Positions 21,637-31,503 of a stretch of 64,000 nucleotides of DNA are shown one piece after another (within the stretch, counting starts at the first letter, position 1; each line of letters opens with the position of its first letter). Under the pieces are notes generated by a model, which saw nothing but the letters and a program-made list of their open reading frames with translations, was not told the origin of the DNA and did no database searches. Source of the DNA: Minisyncoccota bacterium (GTDB taxonomy: Bacteria; Patescibacteriota; Minisyncoccia; Phycocordibacterales; UBA1006); the NCBI GenBank assembly GCA_021734445.1, contig JAIPIY010000001.1, forward strand, positions 185,306-249,305, written 5' to 3'. The position numbers and the translations under genes were made by a program.

Positions 21637-22149
21637 TTACCTTCCTCGGGAGATTAAATATTTCTTAGGGTTATCTGACAAATCAATAAAATCATCAACT
21701 ACTTCACGTAATTTTCCTGATGTCGATTTTCCAAACGAAGCAACCTCTACCTGGATAGCATGAATCTGAAGATATTTTACCAACGGCACATAATCTCCGT
21801 CACCAGAAACCAATACGATTGCATCTACTTTTGGTGCAATAGTAATTGCATCCACAGTTAATCCAACATCCCAGTCACCTTTTTTTGCTCCACCAGAAAA
21901 TATCTGTAGATCTTTTGTTTTTGTTTCAATACCAATTTTAGTTAATGCATCAAAAAAACCTTTTTCATCTCCTGCTTCGGATGTAATCACATACGCGATT
22001 ACACGGACAACTTTTCTTCCGGCAACAGCTTCTTTTACAATAGCACCAAAATCTACTTTTCGTTTGTATAAATTTTTTGCACTGTGATATAAATTTTGTG
22101 CATCAATAAAAACAGCAACACGCTGTTCTTTGTGTTTAATAATACTCAT
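21637..22149 (-). CDS. NYN domain (LabA/DUF88) protein
   Basis: VFIDAQN, KGDWDV, LVSGDGDY. Confidence 0.92.
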   Translation of the reverse strand: MSIIKHKEQRVAVFIDAQNLYHSAKNLYKRKVDFGAIVKEAVAGRKVVRVIAYVITSEAGDEKGFFDALTKIGIETKTKDLQIFSGGAKKGDWDVGLTVDAITIAPKVDAIVLVSGDGDYVPLVKYLQIHAIQVEVASFGKSTSGKLREVVDDFIDLSDNPKKYLISRGR

Positions 22150-22270
22150 ATATAAAAATTATGTTTTTAAAAAATCTGCTTACAGTATACCAAACAATCC
22201 CAATAATAAAAAAGACCTCTATGCACAATAAACACAAATGCCACCAATTTGGTGACATGTGCAAGATTGA

Positions 22271-22537
22271 TTATCGTTTTAGATCCAATTCTTTTAGTAC
22301 TTTTTTGTACATTTTTTCGTCGTGTTTTTTCAAATATTCCAAATGTTTTCTTCGATCAGCAACCATTTTCAAAAGACCTCGTTTAGAATGCAAATCTTTT
22401 GCATGAGTTTTCAAATGAAGTGTTAATTCGTGAATCTGTCGAGTCAACAATGCAACCTGTACAGCAGAAGAACCAGTATCCTCGTCACTGACTTGGAATT
22501 TTTTAATGATGTTTTGTTTTACTTTTTTCGTAAGCAT
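22271..22537 (-). CDS. rpsO: 30S ribosomal protein S15
   Basis: DTGSSAVQVALLT, KDLHSKRGLLKMV; start set at MLTKK after TTGCAA-N17-TATGAT. Confidence 0.96.
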   Translation of the reverse strand: MLTKKVKQNIIKKFQVSDEDTGSSAVQVALLTRQIHELTLHLKTHAKDLHSKRGLLKMVADRRKHLEYLKKHDEKMYKKVLKELDLKR

Positions 22538-22599
22538 GAGTGTATCATAGCATAGATAACGTTTTTTTGCAAGCCCTAATATGAGGGTAATGTGTATAT

Positions 22600-23248
22600 A
22601 AAAAAGACCCCCGAAGCGTGTTAGCGTCGGGGGGTGATGGCGATTGCATTGCGGTTCAAAAACCAGCAAGCGGGCGCTCATCGGGTCTACTCGAACATAA
22701 GGTGCCTCTCGTAAGAGGTCTCGTCTTAACAAACTTGTGTATTGTTTCTTCGAAAAGAAATCAACTGGGGGATCAGCCCAACCACAAGATGATCGGTAGT
22801 CGTTTTAAAAATGATTACCAGTGCATATAGTTTTCCGGTCGAGGATTCCGCAGTACCCTTTTGGTCACTGCGGGGTTGGATGTGAACTTGATTTGCTGTG
22901 CTATTTAGCTCTCTCTCGAAGAGAAACTTCAGGGTGGTCAGCCCGCGCACGACCTTTTGTAAAGAGCATTTTTTTACTTTGCCGTAAAGTGTTTGGCAGA
23001 CAAAGTAAGGTTAGTACCATGAGAGGATTTTCCTCTCACTTTATTCAACTCCCAGGCCAAGACGGCAGCGGGATAAAAATGAGACGAGAGTTTTTGTGAT
23101 TTTGATGCTTTTTGGTGTGAAGCTGTTACACCTTTGGATTTTTAGTGCTACATGCGCACAACGAAGCAATCGCTGTATCACACACTAAAAATCCTACGCT
23201 TTCTTTATTAAATGCATTACCTATCACAAAGAACACCTCATCTCTGGA
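22600..23248 (-). ncRNA. Putative large structured non-coding RNA (unclassified)
   Basis: TTGACA-N16-TATACT promoter (23280-23253), many helices, intrinsic terminator near 22600-22635, no credible ORF. Confidence 0.6.
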
Positions 23249-23405
23249 TACAAGTATAGCATATCCACAAGATTTGTCAAGCAATTTTCTGCTTTTTATT
23301 ATTTTCTTTTTCCAAATCCTAAAAAACTATTATAAAATAAGGATTTTTTCACTGTATAAAAAAATCACCCCGCCGTTCGCAAACGACAGGGTGGTGGGAT
23401 TCATG

Positions 23406-23969
23406 TTAGATTCCCAATATTTGATACTCTCGTGTTCTGATGATTCCAAAAATAGATGCTGGAACCATCTTTTTTACACGATCATAATCATGTTCGACAA
23501 TCGCCCGCTGAACAGCATCCAGCGTTACTCGCGACCTCCTTTCTCCTTTAACCAAAAAATTCTGAACCTCTGGAAAAAGAAACTTTGAAAAGAAGATCTG
23601 AAGCCTCTTTTTTAGGTATCCCCAACTGTATGCAGGGATAACCCCATACACACAATCTCTGGCACCAAAACGAGAAGCAATTTCACTAGGCGAGAAAAAA
23701 TTTTTAGAATATCCTTCAACCGAAATCAACGGATTTTCATATCCTGCCTCTGCAAGAAAATCCTCGACCATAGCGATTCTCAGTTCGTGCTTGTATAAAT
23801 ATGTTCCCATGGGTTCATTAGGCACCACGATGATCAAATGAAAGCCTTCTTGTTTGGAACAATGTTGCAAGATTCTCAGCATTGCACTATCTGATTTTGT
23901 GAGTGGATCAAATTGATTCACAAATAACACTTTATTTTCTGTACCACTGGGCAAGCTTTGATTTTCCAT
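23406..23969 (-). CDS. Degenerate CoaD/PPAT-like nucleotidyltransferase-fold protein
   Basis: FDPLTKSD in place of FDPxTxGH; RIAMV; C-terminal VKKMVP. Confidence 0.55.
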   Translation of the reverse strand: MENQSLPSGTENKVLFVNQFDPLTKSDSAMLRILQHCSKQEGFHLIIVVPNEPMGTYLYKHELRIAMVEDFLAEAGYENPLISVEGYSKNFFSPSEIASRFGARDCVYGVIPAYSWGYLKKRLQIFFSKFLFPEVQNFLVKGERRSRVTLDAVQRAIVEHDYDRVKKMVPASIFGIIRTREYQILGI

Positions 23970-24053
23970 GATTTCCAGTTTTTGGTGAAACTTTGAAATG
24001 AAAAAGAACTATCTCCATATAACCAAATATACTCTACAAAGTCAAGAAAAAAT

Positions 24054-25048
24054 TGTAATATCTAAACACTTCTGGCACTTTTTACTAAAATTAGTAAATG
24101 TCAGTACAAATGCCAAAAACTACACAAGAAGAACGATTACGATGGATATTACCCATCATTAACAAAGAAATGAAGCTCATTGAGGTAGCCAAGATATGCC
24201 CTCATTCACCCCGAAGTTTAAAACGATGGAAGAAGGCATATGATCTCCATGGAATGCAAGGACTCATACCACAAAGTACAAAACCAAAGACTCACCCGAA
24301 TGAAACCCCCATACGTATCAAAGAACAGGTCATTGCAAAGAGAAAAGAGACCAAACTCTGTGCATTGAAGATACATTGGAAACTTAAAAAACAAGGGATC
24401 ATTGTTCCCATCAGTACCACAAGTAAAATCCTCAAAGATGCAGGGCTTGTGAAGAAATACCGAACCAAGAAAATCAAATACAAACATATTAAGGTACAAC
24501 GACAACCAGGAGAACTCGTCGAAATTGATGTCAAACATGTCCCTGGTGGCATACAAGGCAAGAAATACTACCAATATACTGCCATTGATACTGCATCACG
24601 ATGGAGACATCTCGAGATATTTGATCAAGAGAGTACGTTCCACTCAGTTTCCTTTTTAAAGATGGTGATGCAGAAATTTCCCTACACCATCAAAGCAATC
24701 AAAACAGACAATCACGCTACGTTCACAAACTACTACCTTGGTACCAACAAACGGAGTGATGTGACCGTGAAGACACTCCATGCTTTAGATGTGTTCTGTA
24801 TGGAAAACAACATGGTGCACTACCTCATTGATCCAGGAAAGCCAACCCAAAATGGTACCGTTGAACGAAGTCATGGTGAAGACAATCGAAAGTTCTACCA
24901 GCAAGAGTCATTCTCTTCAGTGCATCAGCTCAAAAACAAGATTCGTATTTGGAATACCTATTACAATGATCTTGAACATTGTAGCTTAGGTGGAAAAACT
25001 CCTAATGAGGTGTTAGAATTAAAGTGACAGAAGTGGTTAGAGAGGACA
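24054..25048 (+). mobile_element. IS481-family insertion sequence
   Basis: TGT...ACA ends; 28-bp imperfect terminal inverted repeats with 5 mismatches; possible AAAT target duplication. Confidence 0.88.
24098..25027 (+). CDS. IS481-family DDE transposase
   Basis: HTH N-terminus; VEIDVK, YTAID, KTDN, PTQNGTVERSH. Confidence 0.92.
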   Translation: MSVQMPKTTQEERLRWILPIINKEMKLIEVAKICPHSPRSLKRWKKAYDLHGMQGLIPQSTKPKTHPNETPIRIKEQVIAKRKETKLCALKIHWKLKKQGIIVPISTTSKILKDAGLVKKYRTKKIKYKHIKVQRQPGELVEIDVKHVPGGIQGKKYYQYTAIDTASRWRHLEIFDQESTFHSVSFLKMVMQKFPYTIKAIKTDNHATFTNYYLGTNKRSDVTVKTLHALDVFCMENNMVHYLIDPGKPTQNGTVERSHGEDNRKFYQQESFSSVHQLKNKIRIWNTYYNDLEHCSLGGKTPNEVLELK

Positions 25049-25101
25049 AAATTACCCCCGCCAAGAATGCATGGCAGGGGTACAATAGGTGCAAATAAGA
25101 C

Positions 25102-25506
25102 TCATTCATTTATATTCTCGAAACACATCAATTCAATAAATGCTACCAATTGGGTCTTTGTTGTGTGTCGATGAGTATCCTGAAGATACGTTTCCGTATC
25201 TCGATCATTTTCGGTACGGAATTTGTGCGCCAACGTATGAATTGCATATTCATACGCCTGCTGATAAAAATCATTTGCCGACTGTCGCGACATTCTACTT
25301 GATTCATATGTACAATAATCGATAAACTGATCAAAACATTGCTTTACTTGATCATTATTTTCATATGTCACACAATCTTCAAATACAGATAGTACCTCTA
25401 AAAATGAGGATTTACACGAATCAAATGCAATTTGCTGTTCTGATTCCTGTGCGAAAACAGAAAAAGAAATGCAAAAAAGGGTCAAGGTAAACCAAGCTGT
25501 TTTCAT
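25102..25506 (-). CDS. Secreted hypothetical protein
   Basis: Signal peptide MKTAWFTLTLFCISFSVFA. Confidence 0.6.
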   Translation of the reverse strand: MKTAWFTLTLFCISFSVFAQESEQQIAFDSCKSSFLEVLSVFEDCVTYENNDQVKQCFDQFIDYCTYESSRMSRQSANDFYQQAYEYAIHTLAHKFRTENDRDTETYLQDTHRHTTKTQLVAFIELMCFENINE

Positions 25507-25730
25507 GGTGTATGGGTTTGAGTTCAAAGGGCAAAGGTTAATTTATCTACATGAAATCATGTTTCAAATACAAAGTCAATGAGGGTATTGACAAACTTTG
25601 TGAGTATGCTATAATACGTTACAAGTTCGTAGTACTTTGAAATACAGCTTTGAAACAGTATCGCTCGTTTTTTTCGCAAAGATTGTTGAAAAAACGAGCG
25701 ATATTGCTCGAACTTCAAAAACCTTTCACA

Positions 25731-26348
25731 GTGAAAACATTCACCATCAGTCCTGACCTCAAGGTCACAAAGGGAATTGCCGTTTCCCTTGACGATAACG
25801 GCAAACTTGTTCTGAACCTCGGGGGAAAGAAGCGCATGCCAATCTTCCAAGGGGATATCGATGACGTGGCCAGTGGTCGGGTATCTAATCTTCACGCCTG
25901 GATCAAAGAGGGCAAGTTTCTCGAGCTCTACCGCCAAGACACCGACCCAGCAAAAATGGCCAAGAGCGATGCTCACGGCATCCTGGTCAAAGTTCAGGAA
26001 CCCGGCTTCCTCAAGGAGCCGAACCTAGGCAAGCGTCAGTGGCTTCAGAACACCCACAAGATGGGTGGCAACGAGGCGTTGATCCTGATGCGGTTCAATG
26101 ATGATGGTGTGTTGGCCTTTCAGGCTGGCGACCGCCATTTCGTAGCATCGAATCAGCATGCCGGAGTCCTGGTGGCCATGGACGGCCAAGCCTACAACAA
26201 GATGGCACGTGCTGCCATTAAGAAGGCCGAACCGTCCCAGGCACTGACCCAGCAGATCCACAAAGTCTGCCAGGAACGCGCCAACCAGTCGGCCAAGTCC
26301 GCCTCCAAGAAGGAGGTGGGAGATGCAGAACTGAAGAAGGTCGCCTAA
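25731..26348 (+). CDS. Hypothetical protein (GC-richer than neighbours)
   Basis: Probable GTG start after TTGACA-N16-TATAAT and a leader hairpin (25659-25703); strong terminator downstream. Confidence 0.7.
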   Translation: MKTFTISPDLKVTKGIAVSLDDNGKLVLNLGGKKRMPIFQGDIDDVASGRVSNLHAWIKEGKFLELYRQDTDPAKMAKSDAHGILVKVQEPGFLKEPNLGKRQWLQNTHKMGGNEALILMRFNDDGVLAFQAGDRHFVASNQHAGVLVAMDGQAYNKMARAAIKKAEPSQALTQQIHKVCQERANQSAKSASKKEVGDAELKKVA

Positions 26349-26455
26349 AAACGACTGACCTCAGTTGCCCCGTTACGCGCAATTCGCGTAACGGGTTTTT
26401 TTATTTCAGAATTTATAAATTATGTACACCCCTTATACAAACAAATAAACATCTA

Positions 26456-26660
26456 TAACCCCCTCTTGGTCTCCCCCTTGAAAAGGGGGATAGGTAAATG
26501 AATTTACTAGTTTTTCCTCCCCTTGTGAAGGGGAGGGTTAGGGTGGGGTTTTTCACTTCATAGCCACTCCTGTCATTCCCGCGTAGGTGGGAATCTAAAA
26601 AATAATATGCGTAATTACAAAAACAAACCCCCGTATGAATTGTGGGCGGGTCTGTCCCCC
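26456..26660. repeat. Second palindromic repeat mosaic
   Basis: CTCCCCCTTGAAAAGGGGA, CTCCCCTTGTGAAGGGGAG, ATTCCC-N8-GGGAAT (26575-26594), GGGTCTGTCCCC. Confidence 0.7.
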
Positions 26661-26708
26661 CTCAGTATATTTTAGAAATCAACAAAAAGAATATGCTACA
26701 ATAGCAGT

Positions 26709-27635
26709 ATGAAAACCCTCCAAGAATGGAAACGAGAATTTCTTGAATATTTGGAAATCGAAAAAGGTCGAGCCATAAAAACAATTCAGAACTATGATCA
26801 TTATCTGACTGTTTTTATCAATCAGACAAAAGTCACCACACCCGAAGATGTCACATCTCCATTGGTTCGGGATTTTCGACTGTGGTTAAATAGACAGTCA
26901 TCAGGAAACAATCGCGCCACAGGTGCGACCATGTCAAAAAAAACTCAGAATTATTATTTGATTGCTATTCGTTCTTTTCTCAAATACATGACAAAACATG
27001 GTTGCAAAACAATGTCTGCAGATCAAATAGAATTAGCAAAAATAGGAGAACGATCTATTGATATTATTTCTGATACAGAATTACAAAGATTATTAGATGC
27101 ACCAGATGCCGAAGAAAATACTGAAATCAAATACCGAGACAAAGCAATTTTAGAAATGCTTTTTTCTACAGGGTTACGTGTATCTGAATTATGCTCTTTG
27201 ACCAACGACATTGATTTGTCTCGTGATGAATTTTCTGTACGCGGAAAAGGTGGCAAAGTTCGTGTAGTATTTTTATCCCCTGATGCAAAAACTGCCTTAC
27301 AAAAATATTTCAAAGAACGCAAGGATTTTTCAGATGCACTATTTGTCAGCGTTTCACAAAATAAAAACAAGGTAGATGCGAACAAAGGATTAGATAGAAG
27401 ATCTATTGAACGTATTGTAAAAAGATACGCAACTCTTGCTGGTATTACAAAAAAAGTAACCCCCCATGTTATCAGACATTGCTTTGCTACAGACCTTCTA
27501 TCCAACGGAGCTGACATTCGATCGGTGCAGGTAATGTTGGGTCATGCCGATATTTCAACCACCCAGATTTACACGCACGTTACGGATGCAAAACTAAAAG
27601 AGGTACATCAAAGATTTCATGGGAAGAAAAAATAG
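26709..27635 (+). CDS. Tyrosine recombinase XerC/XerD family
   Basis: RDKAILEMLFSTGLRVSEL, GKGGKVR, TPHVIRHCFAT, LGHADISTTQIYTH. Confidence 0.95.
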   Translation: MKTLQEWKREFLEYLEIEKGRAIKTIQNYDHYLTVFINQTKVTTPEDVTSPLVRDFRLWLNRQSSGNNRATGATMSKKTQNYYLIAIRSFLKYMTKHGCKTMSADQIELAKIGERSIDIISDTELQRLLDAPDAEENTEIKYRDKAILEMLFSTGLRVSELCSLTNDIDLSRDEFSVRGKGGKVRVVFLSPDAKTALQKYFKERKDFSDALFVSVSQNKNKVDANKGLDRRSIERIVKRYATLAGITKKVTPHVIRHCFATDLLSNGADIRSVQVMLGHADISTTQIYTHVTDAKLKEVHQRFHGKKK

Positions 27636-27655
27636 AGAATTGTTTCCAGGATAAC

Positions 27656-28414
27656 CTATTTTTGGATTTGCCTTGCACCCAACCAAGCAAGTTCAAATAT
27701 TTTTCTTTGTGCATCAGTTATTTCTTTACTCTCTACAACAACTGCAAATTTTTCTTTCCAGGAAATTACCAGCAACTTATTATCATAAATATTTGTTTCT
27801 GTCGTAAAATAAAAATCATTTTTGGGAACCAATAGTGATTCTCGTAAATTTTCTTTATCATATTTTATAATTTCTTTACTGACTTCATCATCGGGTGCAA
27901 TAACCCTGACCTTGATATTTCTAGATGCTTTTTTCTTTGAATATTCTTTGAAATATTCTGGATCAATTGCATCAAACATACTTGTTCCAACAGCATAGAC
28001 CAGTATTTCAGTTTTTGATTGTAATGTATCTTCAAAAGCTTCTTTTATTTCTTGTATTCCTGTATAAAATTTTACAGAGGGTTTCTCTTTTTCATAAAAC
28101 AGAGATAACAATTCAGGTAACAGCGTAACAGCATTTTTTAGTTTTTTTTCTTCTTGTTCAAGGCTTTGTTCTAAAAAAGAAACTAATTTCCGAGGATTTT
28201 CTGCTATAAATTTTTGTATTTTTGCATTATTTTGAATCGTGACAACTTTTTTTCTGATAAGGTTTTCCAAAATATCGTAACACGTGGTACGATTTATTTT
28301 TGATTTCCTGGCAATAACAGTTGCCGTAGCAGGCCCCAATTCTAATAATGCCAAATATACATCAGCTTCACGAGAGCTAAAACCCAGTTGTATTAATTGT
28401 GATGAAGTAACCAT
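27656..28414 (-). CDS. TrmB-family transcriptional regulator
   Basis: LGFSSREADVYLALLELG..INRTTCY HTH; C-terminal KFYTG..IYDNK..FELAW. Confidence 0.9.
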   Translation of the reverse strand: MVTSSQLIQLGFSSREADVYLALLELGPATATVIARKSKINRTTCYDILENLIRKKVVTIQNNAKIQKFIAENPRKLVSFLEQSLEQEEKKLKNAVTLLPELLSLFYEKEKPSVKFYTGIQEIKEAFEDTLQSKTEILVYAVGTSMFDAIDPEYFKEYSKKKASRNIKVRVIAPDDEVSKEIIKYDKENLRESLLVPKNDFYFTTETNIYDNKLLVISWKEKFAVVVESKEITDAQRKIFELAWLGARQIQK

Positions 28415-28596
28415 GGCTGCATTATATACTATATGACATATATTGTCGATTAATATCCACACATATTTTTATCTATTTAGATATTATAAAATAATGGTTT
28501 ATTGATATTCTGATATAATTTTGTCGTATATAATTGACAAATACTTATTTTATTACTATAATAATAGTGAACTTAATGAACCTTAAAAACAAAAAA

Positions 28597-28740
28597 ATGA
28601 ATCCAGAAATCTTAAATGACGTTAATATTGATACCGTGCTTAATGCACTACTTATTCACTTAATTGTAACTACTATAATTATTAGTATTTTGACGAGTGG
28701 TCCATCTAAACCAAAAGATAAGAACGAGGAAGAGGATTAA
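28597..28740 (+). CDS. Small membrane protein
   Basis: 47 aa with one TM helix, downstream of TTGACA-N17-TATAAT. Confidence 0.5.
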   Translation: MNPEILNDVNIDTVLNALLIHLIVTTIIISILTSGPSKPKDKNEEED

Positions 28741-28774
28741 TATAAACAATCTTTAAACTAAAAACAGATTTAAA

Positions 28775-29485
28775 ATGAAAACCATATTTGTATCACTCTT
28801 AATACTTTTATTATTAATACTAGGTACTCTTGTTTTTGGTGTACTTATATTGAGAAAGCCTGACATCTTTAAAAAACTAATAAGAGAATCCAAGTACAAA
28901 TTTCGAAATACAGAGATTTTTGTTACTGTCGGAACTTTTCTTATGGGAGACCTTCTAAGATCAAACAATGATAAATTCACCATTGATGATCTTGTATTAC
29001 AAGACATCTCGAGCAGGAACTTGTTGCTGAAGCCCTATAAAAAACTACAAAGATACCAGCTCGTACCTTTAACCTTGGACAAAATTGGAATTGTTAATAC
29101 TGAAAAGAAAGACTTTTTCAATCTTGAGGAAATTTATCATGAGGCAGAGCTCCATGGTTATGGCGTCATTCCTGACATTGTTGCTCTTCATTTTGTTAAT
29201 TTCTATAGTGCAGAAATTCTTTACTATGGAAACGCCCAACTAAGGTCGAACTTGGCAATCCATCCCGTTCGGTGTTTTATACCATATCCTATTTTCTCTG
29301 GTTACTCTAAGACTATCTGGTCCCTCTCTGCCAATAAAAAAAGTGAAAAGGTTCGCTTGATTCGTAGTGGAGATGCAGGAAGTATTGATATGAGCAACAG
29401 ACAAGAAATAGAAAGAATTTGGTGGTTTGTTCAACTAAAGAAACCCTGGACGGATGAATTGAGAGACTTTCTTAGAAACGAATGA
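28775..29485 (+). CDS. Membrane-anchored protein, possible C-type lectin-like fold
   Basis: N-terminal TM helix; LVPLTLDKIG..LEEIYHEAELHGYGVIP..WWFV pattern. Confidence 0.6.
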   Translation: MKTIFVSLLILLLLILGTLVFGVLILRKPDIFKKLIRESKYKFRNTEIFVTVGTFLMGDLLRSNNDKFTIDDLVLQDISSRNLLLKPYKKLQRYQLVPLTLDKIGIVNTEKKDFFNLEEIYHEAELHGYGVIPDIVALHFVNFYSAEILYYGNAQLRSNLAIHPVRCFIPYPIFSGYSKTIWSLSANKKSEKVRLIRSGDAGSIDMSNRQEIERIWWFVQLKKPWTDELRDFLRNE

Positions 29486-29625
29486 TTATTGACCTCATCA
29501 GAGCCTGACCAAATTGGTCAGGCTTTTTTACTGAGACATAACCAGATACTTGAATTACTATTTTAAAAATTAGCCAGCGACCATTTTTTCTTTTCCCTTG
29601 TTCATTCTCGTGATACTATGTACAC

Positions 29626-30300
29626 ATGAATCACAAAGACCAACTACAATCTTTGAAAGACTATTTTACCCAAGCATATGTAACTGGTACCGACGTATGG
29701 ACACACATTCCCTACCAAGACACAGCGTTTGGAATTTTATCGCAAACTGATTTACCCAAAGATCCTTTTGTATTAGACATTGGTGCAGGTCGTGGACGTT
29801 GGGGTTTGAAACTGGTTGAAGCTGGTGCAAAAGTTATCGGTATCGACATTGTCCCTGAAATTGTAAAAAAAGCAAATGAAGAAATAAAACATCTGGGCAA
29901 AGAATCTCGTATTCGTTTTGTCGAAGCAGATGTATTTGATATACCATTGGCAGATACCAGTTTTGATATGGCAACCGATATTGGCACGTTACAACATATT
30001 CCCCATACCACGTGGCAACATTATGCTGACGAAGTAGTTCGTATTTTGAAACCACGTGGGTATTATTTTAATGTATCTTTATCACGTGCAACCCCAAGAT
30101 TTTTTGATACTCTGCCACCAACATTAGAAGAAGGTCATGTTACAAAATTTGGTGTTCCTTATCATTTTTTTACCAAACACGAAATCCGCGAACTGTTTGA
30201 ACCTGAATTAGAATGCATTGATCAGGATGTGGTGTTTATTAATACAAAAAATGGCCCAGAAAAACAAATCGCATTATTGTTCTCGCTGTTTCAAAAATAA
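29626..30300 (+). CDS. Class I SAM-dependent methyltransferase
   Basis: VLDIGAGRG, IGIDI, FDM..ILKPRG. Confidence 0.9.
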   Translation: MNHKDQLQSLKDYFTQAYVTGTDVWTHIPYQDTAFGILSQTDLPKDPFVLDIGAGRGRWGLKLVEAGAKVIGIDIVPEIVKKANEEIKHLGKESRIRFVEADVFDIPLADTSFDMATDIGTLQHIPHTTWQHYADEVVRILKPRGYYFNVSLSRATPRFFDTLPPTLEEGHVTKFGVPYHFFTKHEIRELFEPELECIDQDVVFINTKNGPEKQIALLFSLFQK

Positions 30301-30460
30301 ATAATAACCCCAACCACCTGATCTTTTTCTATTTTTAGCTTATTTTAACATTCTACCATTCGTGCGAAAGGTTCCATATATAAAAAGAGCTGTTTTATTT
30401 CGATTAAAATAAAAGACCCCCACCGAAATGATGAAGGTCCTCGATACGAAATGATTGGGG

Positions 30461-30568
30461 TCATACGCACATCCATATAGCAATACATCCAACAAGAACG
30501 TAGGGCCAATACTGAATAGTGGTCAGAATACACCAAGCAAATACAAAAAGAGCAATTATTGTTTTCAT
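30461..30568 (-). CDS. 35-aa hydrophobic peptide
   Basis: MKTIIALFVFAWCILTTIQYWPYVLVGCIAIWMCV; TTGCAT-N17-TACATT promoter and a hairpin/T-run after the stop. Confidence 0.55.
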   Translation of the reverse strand: MKTIIALFVFAWCILTTIQYWPYVLVGCIAIWMCV

Positions 30569-30659
30569 GTACATCAATTAAGGTTCGCGACCAAATGTAA
30601 CACAATCATGAATCAGATGCAATCACTATCAAGAAAGTATGTGATATACTAGTAATTAT

Positions 30660-31457
30660 ATGAAAATCATCTCATGGAACGTAAATGGTATTCGTGCTGT
30701 GCATAGAAAAAATCTTTTGGTGCCTTTTATCACCGAACATGATCCAGACATTATTTGTTTCCAAGAAACAAAAGCACAACAATCTGAATCTCCTGTTAAT
30801 ATTCCTGTATACCAAGAATATTGGAATTCTGCAGAAAAAAAAGGATACAGTGGTACTGCAATTTTTACCAAAGAAAAACCCATTTCTGTTACCTATGGTT
30901 TTTCTGAATCGGTGAATAAAAAATATAATTTCAAAGATTCTTTTGGAGACACATCAAAAGAAGGTCGTGTCATAACAGCTGAATATAAAAAATTCTTCTT
31001 GGTAAATGTATACACACCAAACGCAAAAGATGACCTGGGGCGATTACCTATGAGGTATGATAATTGGGATCCAGCTTTTCTAGAACACTGTAATGAATTG
31101 CAAAAGAAAAAACCCGTCATCATGTGTGGAGATTTTAATGTAGCTCATACCGAAGATGATTTGGCCCGACCAAAACAAAATATTGGTAACAAAGGTTTCA
31201 CCAACAAAGAACGAATCGGAATCGACAACATTATCACAGCTGGTTTTGCAGATACATTTCGATTATTCACCCAAGGTAACGGACACTACACCTGGTGGAG
31301 TCATTTTGGAAAATCACGAGAAAGAAACGTTGGATGGAGAATAGATTATTTTTTTGCTTCAAAAAAACTGACATCAAAAATTAACCAAGCAAAAATATTG
31401 CCAGATATCATGGGTTCTGACCATTGCCCTGTTTCTCTTGAAATTGACTTGGGTTAA
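30660..31457 (+). CDS. xth: Exodeoxyribonuclease III
   Basis: SWNVNGIRA, QETK, GDFNVAH, GWRIDY, GSDHCP. Confidence 0.96.
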   Translation: MKIISWNVNGIRAVHRKNLLVPFITEHDPDIICFQETKAQQSESPVNIPVYQEYWNSAEKKGYSGTAIFTKEKPISVTYGFSESVNKKYNFKDSFGDTSKEGRVITAEYKKFFLVNVYTPNAKDDLGRLPMRYDNWDPAFLEHCNELQKKKPVIMCGDFNVAHTEDDLARPKQNIGNKGFTNKERIGIDNIITAGFADTFRLFTQGNGHYTWWSHFGKSRERNVGWRIDYFFASKKLTSKINQAKILPDIMGSDHCPVSLEIDLG

Positions 31458-31503
31458 CCCGCATGATATTGTAAAAATAGATAAAACTTGAACCTTGGAA
31501 ATC

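Noticed and set aside
22538-22732. 65-aa N-terminal extension of S15 in the ORF track
   Set aside because: It runs through a terminator and the rpsO promoter; the S15 homology begins at 22537
23020-23038. GAGGAAAATCC (minus strand) resembling the RNase P RNA GAGGAAAGUCC motif
   Set aside because: It is locked in a local hairpin, and the matching 3' P4 strand and other conserved regions were not found
26709-27635. Prophage or integron integrase
   Set aside because: Looks like a housekeeping Xer recombinase; no phage genes, integron-specific insertion or attC array nearby
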